Below are positions 1 through 12,600 of a stretch of DNA of 64,000 nucleotides, piece by piece. Position 1 is the stretch's first letter. Each line of letters starts with the position of its first letter. The position numbers were made by a program, and so were the translations under genes. Source of the DNA: Phoronis australis (lineage: Eukaryota; Animalia; Phoronida); contig NMRA01000304.1 in NCBI GenBank assembly GCA_002633005.1, positions 467,077 through 531,076 of the forward strand, written 5' to 3'. The notes under the pieces are model-generated. The model saw only the letters and a list, made by a program, of their open reading frames with translations, ran no database searches and was not told the DNA's origin.

Positions 1-490
1 GGAAGTTCTTCTGAGGGGTTTTATGGCCAGTCACAACCTCATTTAGGTGTTTTTGTGGTGTCCAGTTGTTGTCTGTGTTGGAGGTTGTTGTTAGACAAAA
101 CTTAGGCACTGTGTTTATGATTGCATAGACAAAACCCAGACCTTATGTTGCCTGTGTTATCTGTTAGATTTTTTTGAGTTGTCAGTTCATGTTGCAAAAT
201 TGGATTTGTGGCAAAAAATGTTCTCGACCATTGTTAACAGTTTAAAATTCGGTCAACTCATAATCATGGTTTTGTGCTTTTACTTTGTGAATCCTTACTG
301 GGGTTTTACCTGTACTGAAACTGTTTAGTCTTAAGGTAGCCGAGGTGGAAGTTACCATAGCAATTGCAAGCACAAGTGAAGTTCAGTTTGATTAATTGCT
401 TTTTAGGAAGTGGATTTTAGCCACTAAGGGTGTATGAAAACTGGCTTAGGGGGCTGAGCACATTCTGTAAATTTTTGTTTTTATTTCCAG

Positions 491-601
491 ATAATGCCCT
501 ATACTGCCATCTTCAGTGACATCAGTAATTTAAATAGAACGATTAGCAAGATCTGGATCAGCAAGCTTTCCAGCTATGGTTGTTACAGTCGAGTCTCTGA
601 G
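491..601 (+). CDS. Aminopeptidase P exon ([37 protein letters not shown])
   Basis: ttatttccAG acceptor, GTattt donor, 111 nt, phase 0/0. Resembles the PY..I...KVWVS...SYA segment of XPNPEP proteins. Confidence 0.8.
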
Positions 602-3600
602 GTATTTTATATTGTGTTCAAACAGTAATTTTGACACGATGTTAAGTGACATGGCAGTGTCTGCCAACTGATGCTTTAGTCTAACTTGCTCGACCATATA
701 CATTGACAAGACAACAACTGAAGTTTAATTAAATTGTTAATGAAATCTCGTGTCCTCGAAAATCAGCGAAATTTGAATTTGTTGTTATACATGATTCACA
801 GTTTTAAGGCAAGGTCTCACCAATTTCAGTCAAAAATAATTGGCAAAATTGCACTTTTCCATTTTTCAACGTATTTTAACAATTTTTCAAGATATTGCCT
901 GTTGGTAGCTATGGTACAGAATTTGGATATGACAAGCATAATTCTGGTACTGTGTATCATTTGTGAAAAAATTAAATTTCAACTGTTTGCCTTATTGCAT
1001 GCTGAATTCAGGTGAGATTTTACCCTGACTGCCCTCTAGTGGAAGGTTTGGTGTTTTGGTTTTACTATCTCTGAGTGATGTTTATTGGGCCATCCAATCG
1101 CCACCACATCATTTTTGACCCACCCCTTTGTTGTGTAAAATGGTTGAAGCCAGAGCAGTCCATTAGTGGGCAACCTTTTGCATTTTGAAAGGAAGATCAA
1201 CTCTATCAGTATACATGTTTGTGTTCAAATTGACTAGTTGTCAATTCAGTTAAGTATCTAATTTTCGTTTGGTGTTCCTTCCGGGTGTTTGCTACCACTG
1301 CAATGAAGGTAGTCAAATTTCGATGAAATCTGTAGGTGATATTTTCAGGAAACCACTTTGTACGTGCACAGTATCAAAGAATGCCTCACAGATGCAATAG
1401 CGTTTAACTAAGATGATCAATTTGAACTGTTATTACACCCGTTTGTGTTCAGACAGGCAGTTGATATGGATTAAGATGATTCTGGTTTAATTTGCATGAG
1501 TTTACATATATGGGAACTTAATTGACAGAACGGGGTCAATTTAAACCTTGTCAAATTTCATAGGCTCTGGGTGCAAATCTAATATTAGTAACTGAATGAT
1601 TGAATGTTAAATTTTTAAATCTTTTCTTTTCCTTTAAAGTGTTAGATGCCTTGGACTGTGAAAATATCCACCTGGATTTAAATTGGCTTTATTTGTTGTT
1701 GTTTGTGTTCATGTGGAGAATTTCTGGCTTACACTGGTTACCTCTCTGATTTCCTAAGCCCCAGACAACTTTTATGATCCCTATTCAGCACGCCCTTTGT
1801 ATTGATGCAGATCTGAGTTAATGAAGTAGAAAGGTAATAGCTAGCACTACTTTCTTAACAATGGTGGTCCTTATTACACCTGAATTGTTTTTCACTGGCA
1901 TTTGCACAGAGTTAAAGCCTGCAATGTGGAGAGCAGTTTTAACTGGGTACATGTTAAATATTACAAAAAGACTAAACAGTTAATTTGCATTGATGTTGAC
2001 AAAGGGACACTTCCCAAAGAAACATTGGTTTTAAATATGTTACATATCTGTTTTCATTACTTTATTTTAATACTCCTGTCTACTTGCTTTTTTTCTCACG
2101 GGTTAGGGTTGCTATCTTTTCATTTTGTGTTTAAACGAAGCATCAAAACAACTTAGAAGTTGTGAACCCATCCCTGATATTTCCAGATTACAGCTACACC
2201 AAGCATGTCACAGCAAACAAAACTCTTCGTGCCATTACTTCAAGTTCAATCTTTATCAGAACTCAAATCATAAAATATATACAAATGTGCAAATATGGTG
2301 ATAGCCAAACTGAAGATTTGGAACCTCTTGACAATTTTGGTTGCAGTAACTACATAACTATTCTAGCTTTTTCTCAGTAATAAAAAATGAAATCACAGCT
2401 CTTGCCCACCAACCAACCTCACCCACTGCTTACATTCTCTCGTCCACTTAAAAGCTTAAGCCATCTATAATAGTTGCCTTCACAGGTGTTCCATAACAAC
2501 TACAAGCTAACTATCGAAACTGGCGCATTTCCGCGAATAGCAGTTTTCCAGTTAGTGTACTACTCCTGAAGTAAAGTAGTTCGGCATGCACCCGGCCATA
2601 AGCGATGTTTTAAAAATTATTGACATCTACATGTCGTGAACACATCCACTAAAACAAGAAACTGTAGGAACACCGCATTTATCCACCTTCACTCTTATCA
2701 GGCTTCTATTGTGAGTCAGCATGCGTGAATAATTGGCTGATAAGCCACCTCTGGAACTACTTTGGGCTGAATGGATGACCAGGCCATAAAATGATAATTA
2801 GCCAAGACCAGTTATTATAATGCAACAAAGAACAAGTAATAATGTCTTGCATCACCTAGCCTTGGTGGAAAGCTGTATACTGTATTGGCTCAAACAAACG
2901 CNCTCTTCGTGCCATTACTTCAAGTTCAATCTTTATCAGAACTCAAATCATAAAATATATACAAATGTGCAAATATGGTGATAGCCAAACTGAAGATTTG
3001 GAACCTCTTGACAATTTTGGTTGCAGTAACTACATAACTATTCTAGCTTTTTCTCAGTAATAAAAAATGAAATCACAGCTCTTGCCCACCAACCAACCTC
3101 ACCCACTGCTTACATTCTCTCGTCCACTTAAAAGCTTAAGCCATCTATAATAGTTGCCTTCACAGGTGTTCCATAACAACTACAAGCTAACTATCGAAAC
3201 TGGCGCATTTCCGCGAATAGCAGTTTTCCAGTTAGTGTACTACTCCTGAAGTAAAGTAGTTCGGCATGCACTCGGCCATAAGAGCTGTTTTAAAAATTAT
3301 TGATATCTAATTTAGTCACTGTGTGTTGTTCATAGATGTTTCAATGTAGCTTAGTTGTATATTAAAAGAATAATCCACGTGATATTGTTAACTCTGATCA
3401 TCGAGTACATCAATACGCACATTTGTTTAATCATACCTAATGTTTGTAGCTTTTAGCTTAAATTGATTTTTAAAATTCGAAAACCAAACTTGGTTGTTTT
3501 TTTTTCCATCTGAATACAGCTGTGGTATTTGTTTTTAATAACTGTTGGTTAATGCATTTTGAAAATTCGCCAGTATGTACAGGCAGAGGTGTTTACTACA

Positions 3601-6600
3601 GTTTATGGTTGAGTAATTACACTTAATTGGGTCTTGCTTGCACCGGACAATGCAGTCATCGCAACTGAGTACGATTCTGGCGTCACGCTCACTTTGAACC
3701 CTGTAAAAGCCGCTCAGAAGGACGAGCGTTGAAAAGTCACGCATATCTTTAGAAATGTGTGACTTATGTGTAAGCGTATTCTTCACGGCATGTACATATT
3801 TGTTTTATATGAATGTGAAAAATCTAATTTAACTGCAAAAATTCTCTCATTTTGATGTAGTGATTTGCAACCATAGGTGAAAGCAATTATTGAAAATGAC
3901 TAGATGATACATAATTTGTGCAATTCTTCTCAGGACAAACTCGTGTCTAGCTACTCTCCTATTGCCTTGATGAAGGCGATGAAAAACTCCGTAGAGAGAC
4001 AAGGAATGGCAAACAGTCACGTAAGTGTCTGTTACACATCCGTGATGCTTTACTTGTGCTGTTTTAGAAAATTCCGTTTGTCATTTTTCACTTCTTTTAT
4101 ATACCATGATCTGTGATAAGTTTTGAAATGTTTCGACTCGAAGGAAGATGGCTGTTCAGTTTTGATGTGTAGTTTTAAAGCGAACGCTTTATTATTCTAA
4201 AGGTGTGCGCTGTTGTGCTCTTATGTACAAAAAGTTCAAAATAGGTTAAAGTCAGTTTTTATGGTTTCCATCACAAAATGATGGTGTTACTTCTTTTTTG
4301 GCCTTAAATAGCCTGCGCTAAAAAAGTGTCTTATATTTTTATAATATTTCATTTCTAAAGCAAATTTATAAATGTATTTGTTTGGTATTTGTTTTGCACC
4401 AGGATATTTACTGAAAAATTACAGTAATTTTTCTATTGTTTAAGGCCTGCCACTTTTTCGTATAAATTGTTAATTAGTTACAAAGCATTGTGTTAAGACT
4501 TTTTAGTCTTTATGAAATCCCATACAAGTTGTTACAGTTTTCTCGACTATCATTTTGCTTTCATTTTAAAACTCTATTTTGTCATAGCCTATGATGCTTA
4601 AGCGAACAGTTAAAAAACAATTCCTAATATTGTTTTGAAAAGCACTGATTAAAGGATACTACCAGTAAATGTTTTAGGCGAGTCAGACTAATCATTTCTA
4701 TGATGTTCCGATGTTTTTTAAATTTCTACACCTAACCTCAATGAATGAATAACAATAATCGTGCTGTTTTTCTCCAAGGGAGTTGAAACACTTTACAAAA
4801 AGAGCCATAACAGATTGTTTGTGACAATATGATCGTGGTTTTGTTTTTTTAGGTACGCGACGCAGTTGCCTTGATCACTTTCATGGCATTTTTGGAAAAG
4901 GAGATTGAAAGTGGAAAACGATACACAGAGATGTCTGCAGCTGCTAAACTGAAGGAATACAGAAGGTAAGACTTACTTTACGACAGCATCAACAGCAGCA
5001 GCAGCAGCAGCTGCAGCAGCTGCAGCAGCACAAGTTAAGGTTGTGTAAGAAACTAGGAAAATGTCCAAATTTGGTAATTGTGGAACATCACATCTCAGAT
5101 TCATATGAAACTTTCACAACGTAGGGTTTATGCACTGTTTTCTAAATTGCTGTAAGTCACCTTTAAAATGTTTCACTTTTTCCTGGGGTTGTACAAAGAA
5201 GACTCAAAAGTTGCATAAAATGAAAACAGAATATTTTAGAAAACTCAGGTAACAGCATTTTCGAGATTGCATCTTGAATGTTTATAACAAGTGAAATTCG
5301 TATATGTCATTGATGTTTTGCTATGAGTGTACCCATCTTGTTTGTTAAAATTTATTTAAAAGACATTGTCACATGACCTAATGAGTGACAGATAGACAAC
5401 AGATAAACATTTAAGTCTATGTGCTTTCTACTTTCACAGACTTAATTTGGTCAAATGCACTGACTTGTTTAATTAGGTAATACATGATCTTAAAGCAATA
5501 CTCTAAAATTGTGAAGAAAGAAACAACCAAAATCAGGTTTAAGAGGTCCCTTGCTAACAAACTACAGGTAAATGTTTTTAGATTTTCCAGCAATGATGTT
5601 TGATGATAGAAATCAAAATAGGATGGGTGGGGGAGGTGCAGCTGAGATCAGGCGTGGGGAGGTGGAAACTGAGGGCTGGGTCAAGAAAGAAAGATGAGAA
5701 CTGGAAAGTTTTTGAACACCTGCAATAATGTGGATTGTGGATCATGACCACACAGGTGTCACAACCAGTGCACAGGGAACATATACTACATCCATGTTGC
5801 AGTCATACAGAAATGGCAGAGTGGTGCGTGTATGCTAAACCCAACCAGCTCATAAGGCAATTTTATTATGATAGATGGTCCCGAGTAACTTAAGCTCAAC
5901 CACTTGGGACTGTTAAAATTCCTTAACAAACAATAAAATCAGTTGGTCATCCATATGATTTCACACTTTAATGATATCTCAAACCTTATTCATGAAAATT
6001 GACCGTTTTTATAATATTTCACATGTCAAGCAACATGCCTTATCTTCATCCTCGGGGAACTTCAAGTGCGAAATATATAGCATGTATCAAGAAAAAAAGA
6101 TTTAGCGCAACCACCTTCAAATTTGTTTACCACTTCTCCGGGGTCAAAGGTTACAGAGTTGTCACTCAAAATCGAATCTCCTGGCGCCAGGCCTAGAGCA
6201 GTTCTATATGTACCCTTAGTCCTTTCATTCACCAAGTCACCATAATACTGAGTCAACGAGGTATATATAGCTTGGAAAGATGCCATGGAAAACGAAGATA
6301 AAGCATTCATCAATCTCAAAAACACTGTTAGGGTTTTCTTTTCAAATACCTAGTTTTTGCACACCGTAAAACAGATGAATAAGCTACTATTTTTTACAAA
6401 AATATGTTGCGTTCTGCGAGTTAAGTTGGCGTAGAAACAAAACTAATTGAGTAACCGAAAATTCGAATGTTTTTGAGGTAAATTATGAAGTTTTCATTAA
6501 AATGGGCTTTAATTCTTTAAAATCGACCGATGGGTTATTTTGCTATGAATGTACCTTTCTTGAAGATGAAATTTTGACTCAAAAAGGTGGTAACGTAATA

Positions 6601-9600
6601 ATTAAATAAAACATAGTTTTATAATCTATGATCATTTATCTTTCAAAATATTTATACTTTTGCTAGTTGACACAGCCGGTTTTTTGATAATTATACAAGA
6701 CAGAATGAATAAATGACTATATAAGGTTTGAGATAACCTTAAGCTCACAGTGACAATAACTTAATAGTGGCCTAACACAATCAAAACATTTTGTTTTCAT
6801 TTTTCTGTCTTTTGATACACTCAAATCAGTAATTAAAAACAGCATGTCCAGGTGTGATGGTCCATAAAGTCACCATCCTTGAATTTTGGCTATTTTGCAT
6901 TGCTGGTCTGTATTTGTGATAAGTTTTCTTGCATGTGATGTTTTCCATACCGTAGCAAACAGGCTAACAACATGGGACTGAGTTTTCCCTCCATTTCTTC
7001 TGTTGGTTCCAACGGGGCCATCATTCACTACAAACCGACGAAAGAGACCGATAGAGAACTGACCACAAAGGATATGTACTTGCTGGACTCTGGTGGACAG
7101 TACTTGTAAGTGGTGGTCAAGATATGTTGAGATTTGGCAGAATGAATTTTCATAGCAGGCACCGTTAAATAGTGTAGGGAATTATGCTCAGATTTGTTAG
7201 GCGTTTGGACTTTTGTAGCCATGAAAGTGAGATCTTGCAACTGAAGTTTCCATTAGTTCTGGATTCCAATTTACAAAACTCATTGAAAGTTCAAAACTTG
7301 TAGCCATTAATTTTGAACATTAAGGTGCTTTTAATGTCTTTCATTTTGTGAATGCTTAAAAATGCCTAAACTTATGTCTGAAAATGTCAAAAAATTAAAG
7401 TATCTAAATTTGTTTTAAAATTTGTTTATTTATTATTTTATTTGCTCTCTGGAGTTGAATCTTATTTATTTCATAATTCCTTGAATTCATTGTATTTTGT
7501 TGTTTTCCATGTTGGTCGGAGGTGTATTGAATTATTTCTCGTACCTCCTGGAAACCAGAAATGATAAATTTTAATGAAATAAATCAAATCAAGTAGCATT
7601 TCCTTTTTAAGTGCTGAAAGTCATACTGGCCTCTTTAGATACAGTAAGATTAACAGAAGTCAAACATACACGTGGAAGAATCTCATAAGTTTCAGACAAA
7701 GCATAATTGCCAAAACTGCATTTTTTCAATTTTCAACTGCTTCTAACGTTGTGAAAGCCCAAAAGTGTTTAAAATATTGTCTGTTGGTAGCTTTAGTCAG
7801 GAACTTGAATACGGCTTAATGGTACTGTGTATCATTCATGAAAAAACGAGACCACAGTTTCACCTGTCTCCCTAGTATGGCATTGTGTCTTTTAAGACAT
7901 AAAAATTGGTGTGACTTTACCGTAAGTCATTTTTATTGGGAAAAATACCGCTGTTTTGCAGTACGGTTGTTCCACTTTGTGCACTCAATCCTTCGGATGA
8001 GTTGGATACTCATGTGAGATCTCTCAGTGCGGTAGGACCTGACTTATGCGAATTTTACTGTATTTGATTGCTGACGCATTGAAGCTTGACTTTCAATTAT
8101 TTTCAGCTGTACAGTAAAAATCTGGCTCACATTATGATGGCCAGGAGAAATTTCGTTTTCTTGTTTTCTTTTCCATGAAAGTTATTTACCACCTAATTAA
8201 CTGTATTCCATCTTCCATCTTCCTAGTGAAAATATATGCTGCAACCAGCAGATAATATTTTCATAAACTGTGCACATCTGTAACAACGCTAAAAGGCTTT
8301 GAAAATGAGAAATGGGTAATATTGGCAGATATCGGTGAGATGTTATTGTAACATAGCTTTTGAGAAAAAATTTTATACAGACATTATGGACTAAATTGTT
8401 TGTTGTAATACCTGACGAAATTGGTTGTTTCTCGTTATTCTTTTGCAAAATGATTGTACTTCAGGTCAAAAACTTAATTCTGTTTGAGCATTGTATCTAC
8501 AGTCTTTGCGATACTTTCACAGTGACATTGTTCTTACTTATGCAGGGATGGAACGACAGATGTGACGAGAACTTTTCATTTTGGCACACCCACAGACTTT
8601 GAAAAGGTATGCTCTGATTGTACAGGATGGGATGAAAATCTAGCAGAATCGAGCGTTTTTGAGAATCGAATGTCATCTTGAGCATTCATAATTACATTGC
8701 ACTTACTGCGAAGTCGGTGGCAAGTTTTCTCCTGTGTCGATTGGCCCGAGTTTTGCTCACTATGATTGGGTACAATCAGACGTGGCTTGCATCAGCACTT
8801 CAGGTTTTGAACCCGAATTCTTAGCAAGAGACATTTAATATGCTGTCCAGTGTTAAGTTTTAAATTCGCACTTTCACAGATGGGACAAAGTTATCTTTGC
8901 CTTCGTCTTGAGGAAATACATTCCAGCAACTTTGAATGAAAAAATAAACATCCAACTCTGAGAGGAGTTTCATTAATTTGAAGAGTGAAAGTCGCAGAAC
9001 TAGCACAATGGGTTCTTCTTGTAAAACTGCTTTCTGGAGAAACTTGACATCACAGATGTTTACTTTGTTTAATTAAATTAAGCACAACACCTGATTCATA
9101 CAGAAATTGTGTAACTCCAACCAGCTCTTTTGGCCTCAGGAGAAAACTTGACTACGGAATATGATTTTCTTTATTTTTTTGTATGGTTCTGAAATGTTCA
9201 TACTATAAATTTGAATACAGAAATTGATAAACATAATGTGATGAGTAATCGTAAAGTCATTAACCATTCCCTAGACACAATTTTTAGTTGTAACTGTCAC
9301 CCATGGAACAGTTTAGCCAAATACAAGTAATTTAGTTCATTTTAAAAATTCCATCCACCATAAGCTTCGAGTACTTCTTTAATTTTCCAATTCTCTTTAG
9401 GAAGCCTATACCCTCGTTCTTATGGGCTCAATAGATCTTGCCAGGGCTGTTTGGCCTGAAGGAGTTTATGGTAAGGTCTTGTTTGGCTGTACTTTGTCAT
9501 GATCCCGGTGTGTGTTTCACTATGACTCCATTCTTTTGCACAAAAAGATGCGTGCCAAAATTGTTACTTTTTTACTTTTCAAAAGCTGTCTACCTTCCTG

Positions 9601-12600
9601 TAAATAATGGAAACTATCAAATGTTGTTTTAGGACACCTACACAGTACAACCTTAATGCATGTAGTAAACTAAAATGTTATTAATTTTTATTTCGTGGAG
9701 ACATTTGACAAAATAAATTTCACTAGTCAGCAAAGTTTTGTGCTAGGAATTAACTGTTAGTGATGTTAATAAACGGACCTTCAGAGGGGTTTCAGGTCAT
9801 TATCTTATCATTGTGTCTGAAAACCAACGATTTATTACATAACCACTGATACTTCTGTCCTATGATTGGCTGAAACACAGTTATTATTTTTTGTAGGAAA
9901 TATGCTAGATTCTAACTGTTGATCTCTTCACTGTTACTGCAGGTCGTGCCATAGATGCCTTTGCACGTGGTCCGTTATGGAGGGCTGGATTGGACTATAG
10001 GCACGGGACAGGGCACGGTATTGGTCACTTTCTCAGTGTTCATGAAGGTAAGCGAGGCTAAACTTAGTAAATTAGTTAAGGTATGAGGTTAAACTGAAAG
10101 TTAGTTGAGTGTTAAGGAGCACATTGATAATAGTTCTTGTCATTTAAACTCATGACTGGGTGTTTAATTCATCATTAACAGTGGTCAGGATGCAAATTGG
10201 GAAAATATTTTATGACGAGAAATGTGTTTTCTCATAATTTAAGGTCAGTGTCTACCTTTGTTACTAAACATTTGATTTTTTTAAAATAACTTTTGAACTA
10301 TTAACAGTAGACTCATAAAACTATATATTTTTAAAATCATTGAGTATCACACAATGATTTATCTTACTGTGTGCATGAAAATAATATTCTGACATTTGTG
10401 ATCACGCGGCTACATTTTTTCTGAAGAATTACATTTTTCATGGAGATGGCCTTATTTTCCATAAACATTTTTGCTCAAAACTTGTAAATTCTGTTTCTTT
10501 GTTCTATTAGGTACAAAATAATGTCTGGGATTTTCTTTTAAGGCCTCTTAGTCCAAGAAATCTGCTGTCAAAAATCAAGACTTCAACATTTTTGAAAAAG
10601 CGAAAGTCTTGATTTTTTACCTCAGATTTCTGAGGCTCAATGCCTTAAGAAATCCCAGACAGTGTTTTGCAGCTAATAAAACAACGAAACAGAATTTGCA
10701 AGTTTTGAGGACAAAAACGAATTTGTGGAAAAATCGTCGAGCTCCGTGAAAAATTGTAATTTTTTACGGAAGTGCAATCATGTGATAACAAACTTTTGAA
10801 CATGTTTTCATGCACAAAATAAGATTCTCTGATTTTTTAAAATCCCTACTATATTTTTAAAAAAATGTAGTTTTATAGGTTGAGTATTAATAGTTGAAAG
10901 CTATTTTAAAAAATCTGTGGTAACGAAGGTAGCCAGTGACCTTAATGGAATGGCTATAAAGTTTACCTGTTGAAACGCTTGATCTGCCTATGGTAATTCT
11001 TCGCTTATTTCGATCAAAAACTTCCAAAAGTGTCATTTTTGAATTTTTCAAAGGCCTGTTACTTTGTTACGAATAATTGAAACTTCACTTCAACGTTGAT
11101 TTATGATATCTACCCAGTACAAACTATGCTATTATTTTCGGTGGCCCGAAAGTATCATCGCTATTTTAGTTTATTAATTTTTTTATTTTTCCTTTTCCAC
11201 CTAGGAAGAAATATTTCAACCCAGGTGGAAACTATTTTCACCCGGGTGGAAATTATTTCAACCTAGGTGGAAATTATTTTCACCCGGGTGGAAACTATTT
11301 CAACTTTGTGGAAATTATTTTCACCGGGGTGGAAATTATTTCAACCTAGGTGGAAATTATTTTCACCTGGGTGGAAACTTTTTCAATCTAGGTGGAAATT
11401 ATTTTCACCCGGCTGGAAATTATTTTCACCTGGGTGAAAATGTTATACATCCGGGCACCTATTTTCAGCTGTGTTGTGATTGGATGAAGTCTTGTATGTG
11501 AAGGTCGATTGGGCCAGCCATTTTCTTCAACAAAGTTCAGATTAGGTTGCAATGTCGGCGCCTTATCTGCCTCTTGGATTTGCCGAGGACTTTAACAGAG
11601 ACAGTGTGATTACATATTACTCTTAGTTCCAAAACAACTCTCTGAATAAAGTTGCCGGATTTCAGCAACGAACCCAAGCCATTAACAAATATAGTGTATG
11701 GTGTAGAACGTTGAGAAATTTCCGATAAATAAATGACATATTATTGTTGTTGTCCAAAACCCTCACCCTCCCCGTGCTGACAGGTTTCAAAGGCTTAAAG
11801 TTACACAACTAGCAACAAAAAGCACAGATAGTATTATAAATATCCCACAAATGGTAAAAGACGTATGGTGAATCACATTGTATGGATTCACAAGAGGATA
11901 CAAATTTTGGTAAATAACCAGCATGATTAATTAATTATACACCAGTCTTAAAAATTACTTAACATTGTTTCTAATTAGAGTATAATTGTCAACAGTGTCA
12001 GAAATGTCACTAACCAATAGTGTAATACAACACATAATTTCTCATTAAAATACGTATTTGTGTATGACCATTGCAATGACAATCACCTTCAGTAACCAGC
12101 GTATAACAGTACAAAGTATTCAAGATTAAATGATACTGTAAGGTACAGTCCAGATAAAGTAAAAAAATTCCAAATTAGTAACTTTCCATGAAATACTTAC
12201 AGCTCTGGTCCCTGTGGTCTCCAAACATGAACTAGCACTCGGGTGTGAAACTAGTTGCGCAGTAGAACCTTTCCTATTAACGTCCTCTTTTTCCTTGATT
12301 CGCTTGTTATGTGAAGTTGAAGACGGAGGTATCTTATAGCTGAATAGTTTGACAGATCATCGATATTTAAGGGATTGCCAAAGTTTGTCCTTAATAGTTT
12401 GCATATGTCCAGGTTAACCTAAAGTGGGCCAGCACACTGAACTCAAGACTGTTTAAAATTAATTTTGTGTTGATGACAGAAACCAAACAACTTAAAGGGA
12501 CTCAAATTGATAATTGTCGAAATTAATTGCTAAAAAGGAAACCTTTCGGGGTCAAGCGAAATTTCTTGCACAGATTGTCCTGTATATGTCTGCAAACATG

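Noticed and set aside
4984-5031. Polyglutamine-coding tract
   Set aside because: Lies in the intron just after the GTAAGA donor at 4966.
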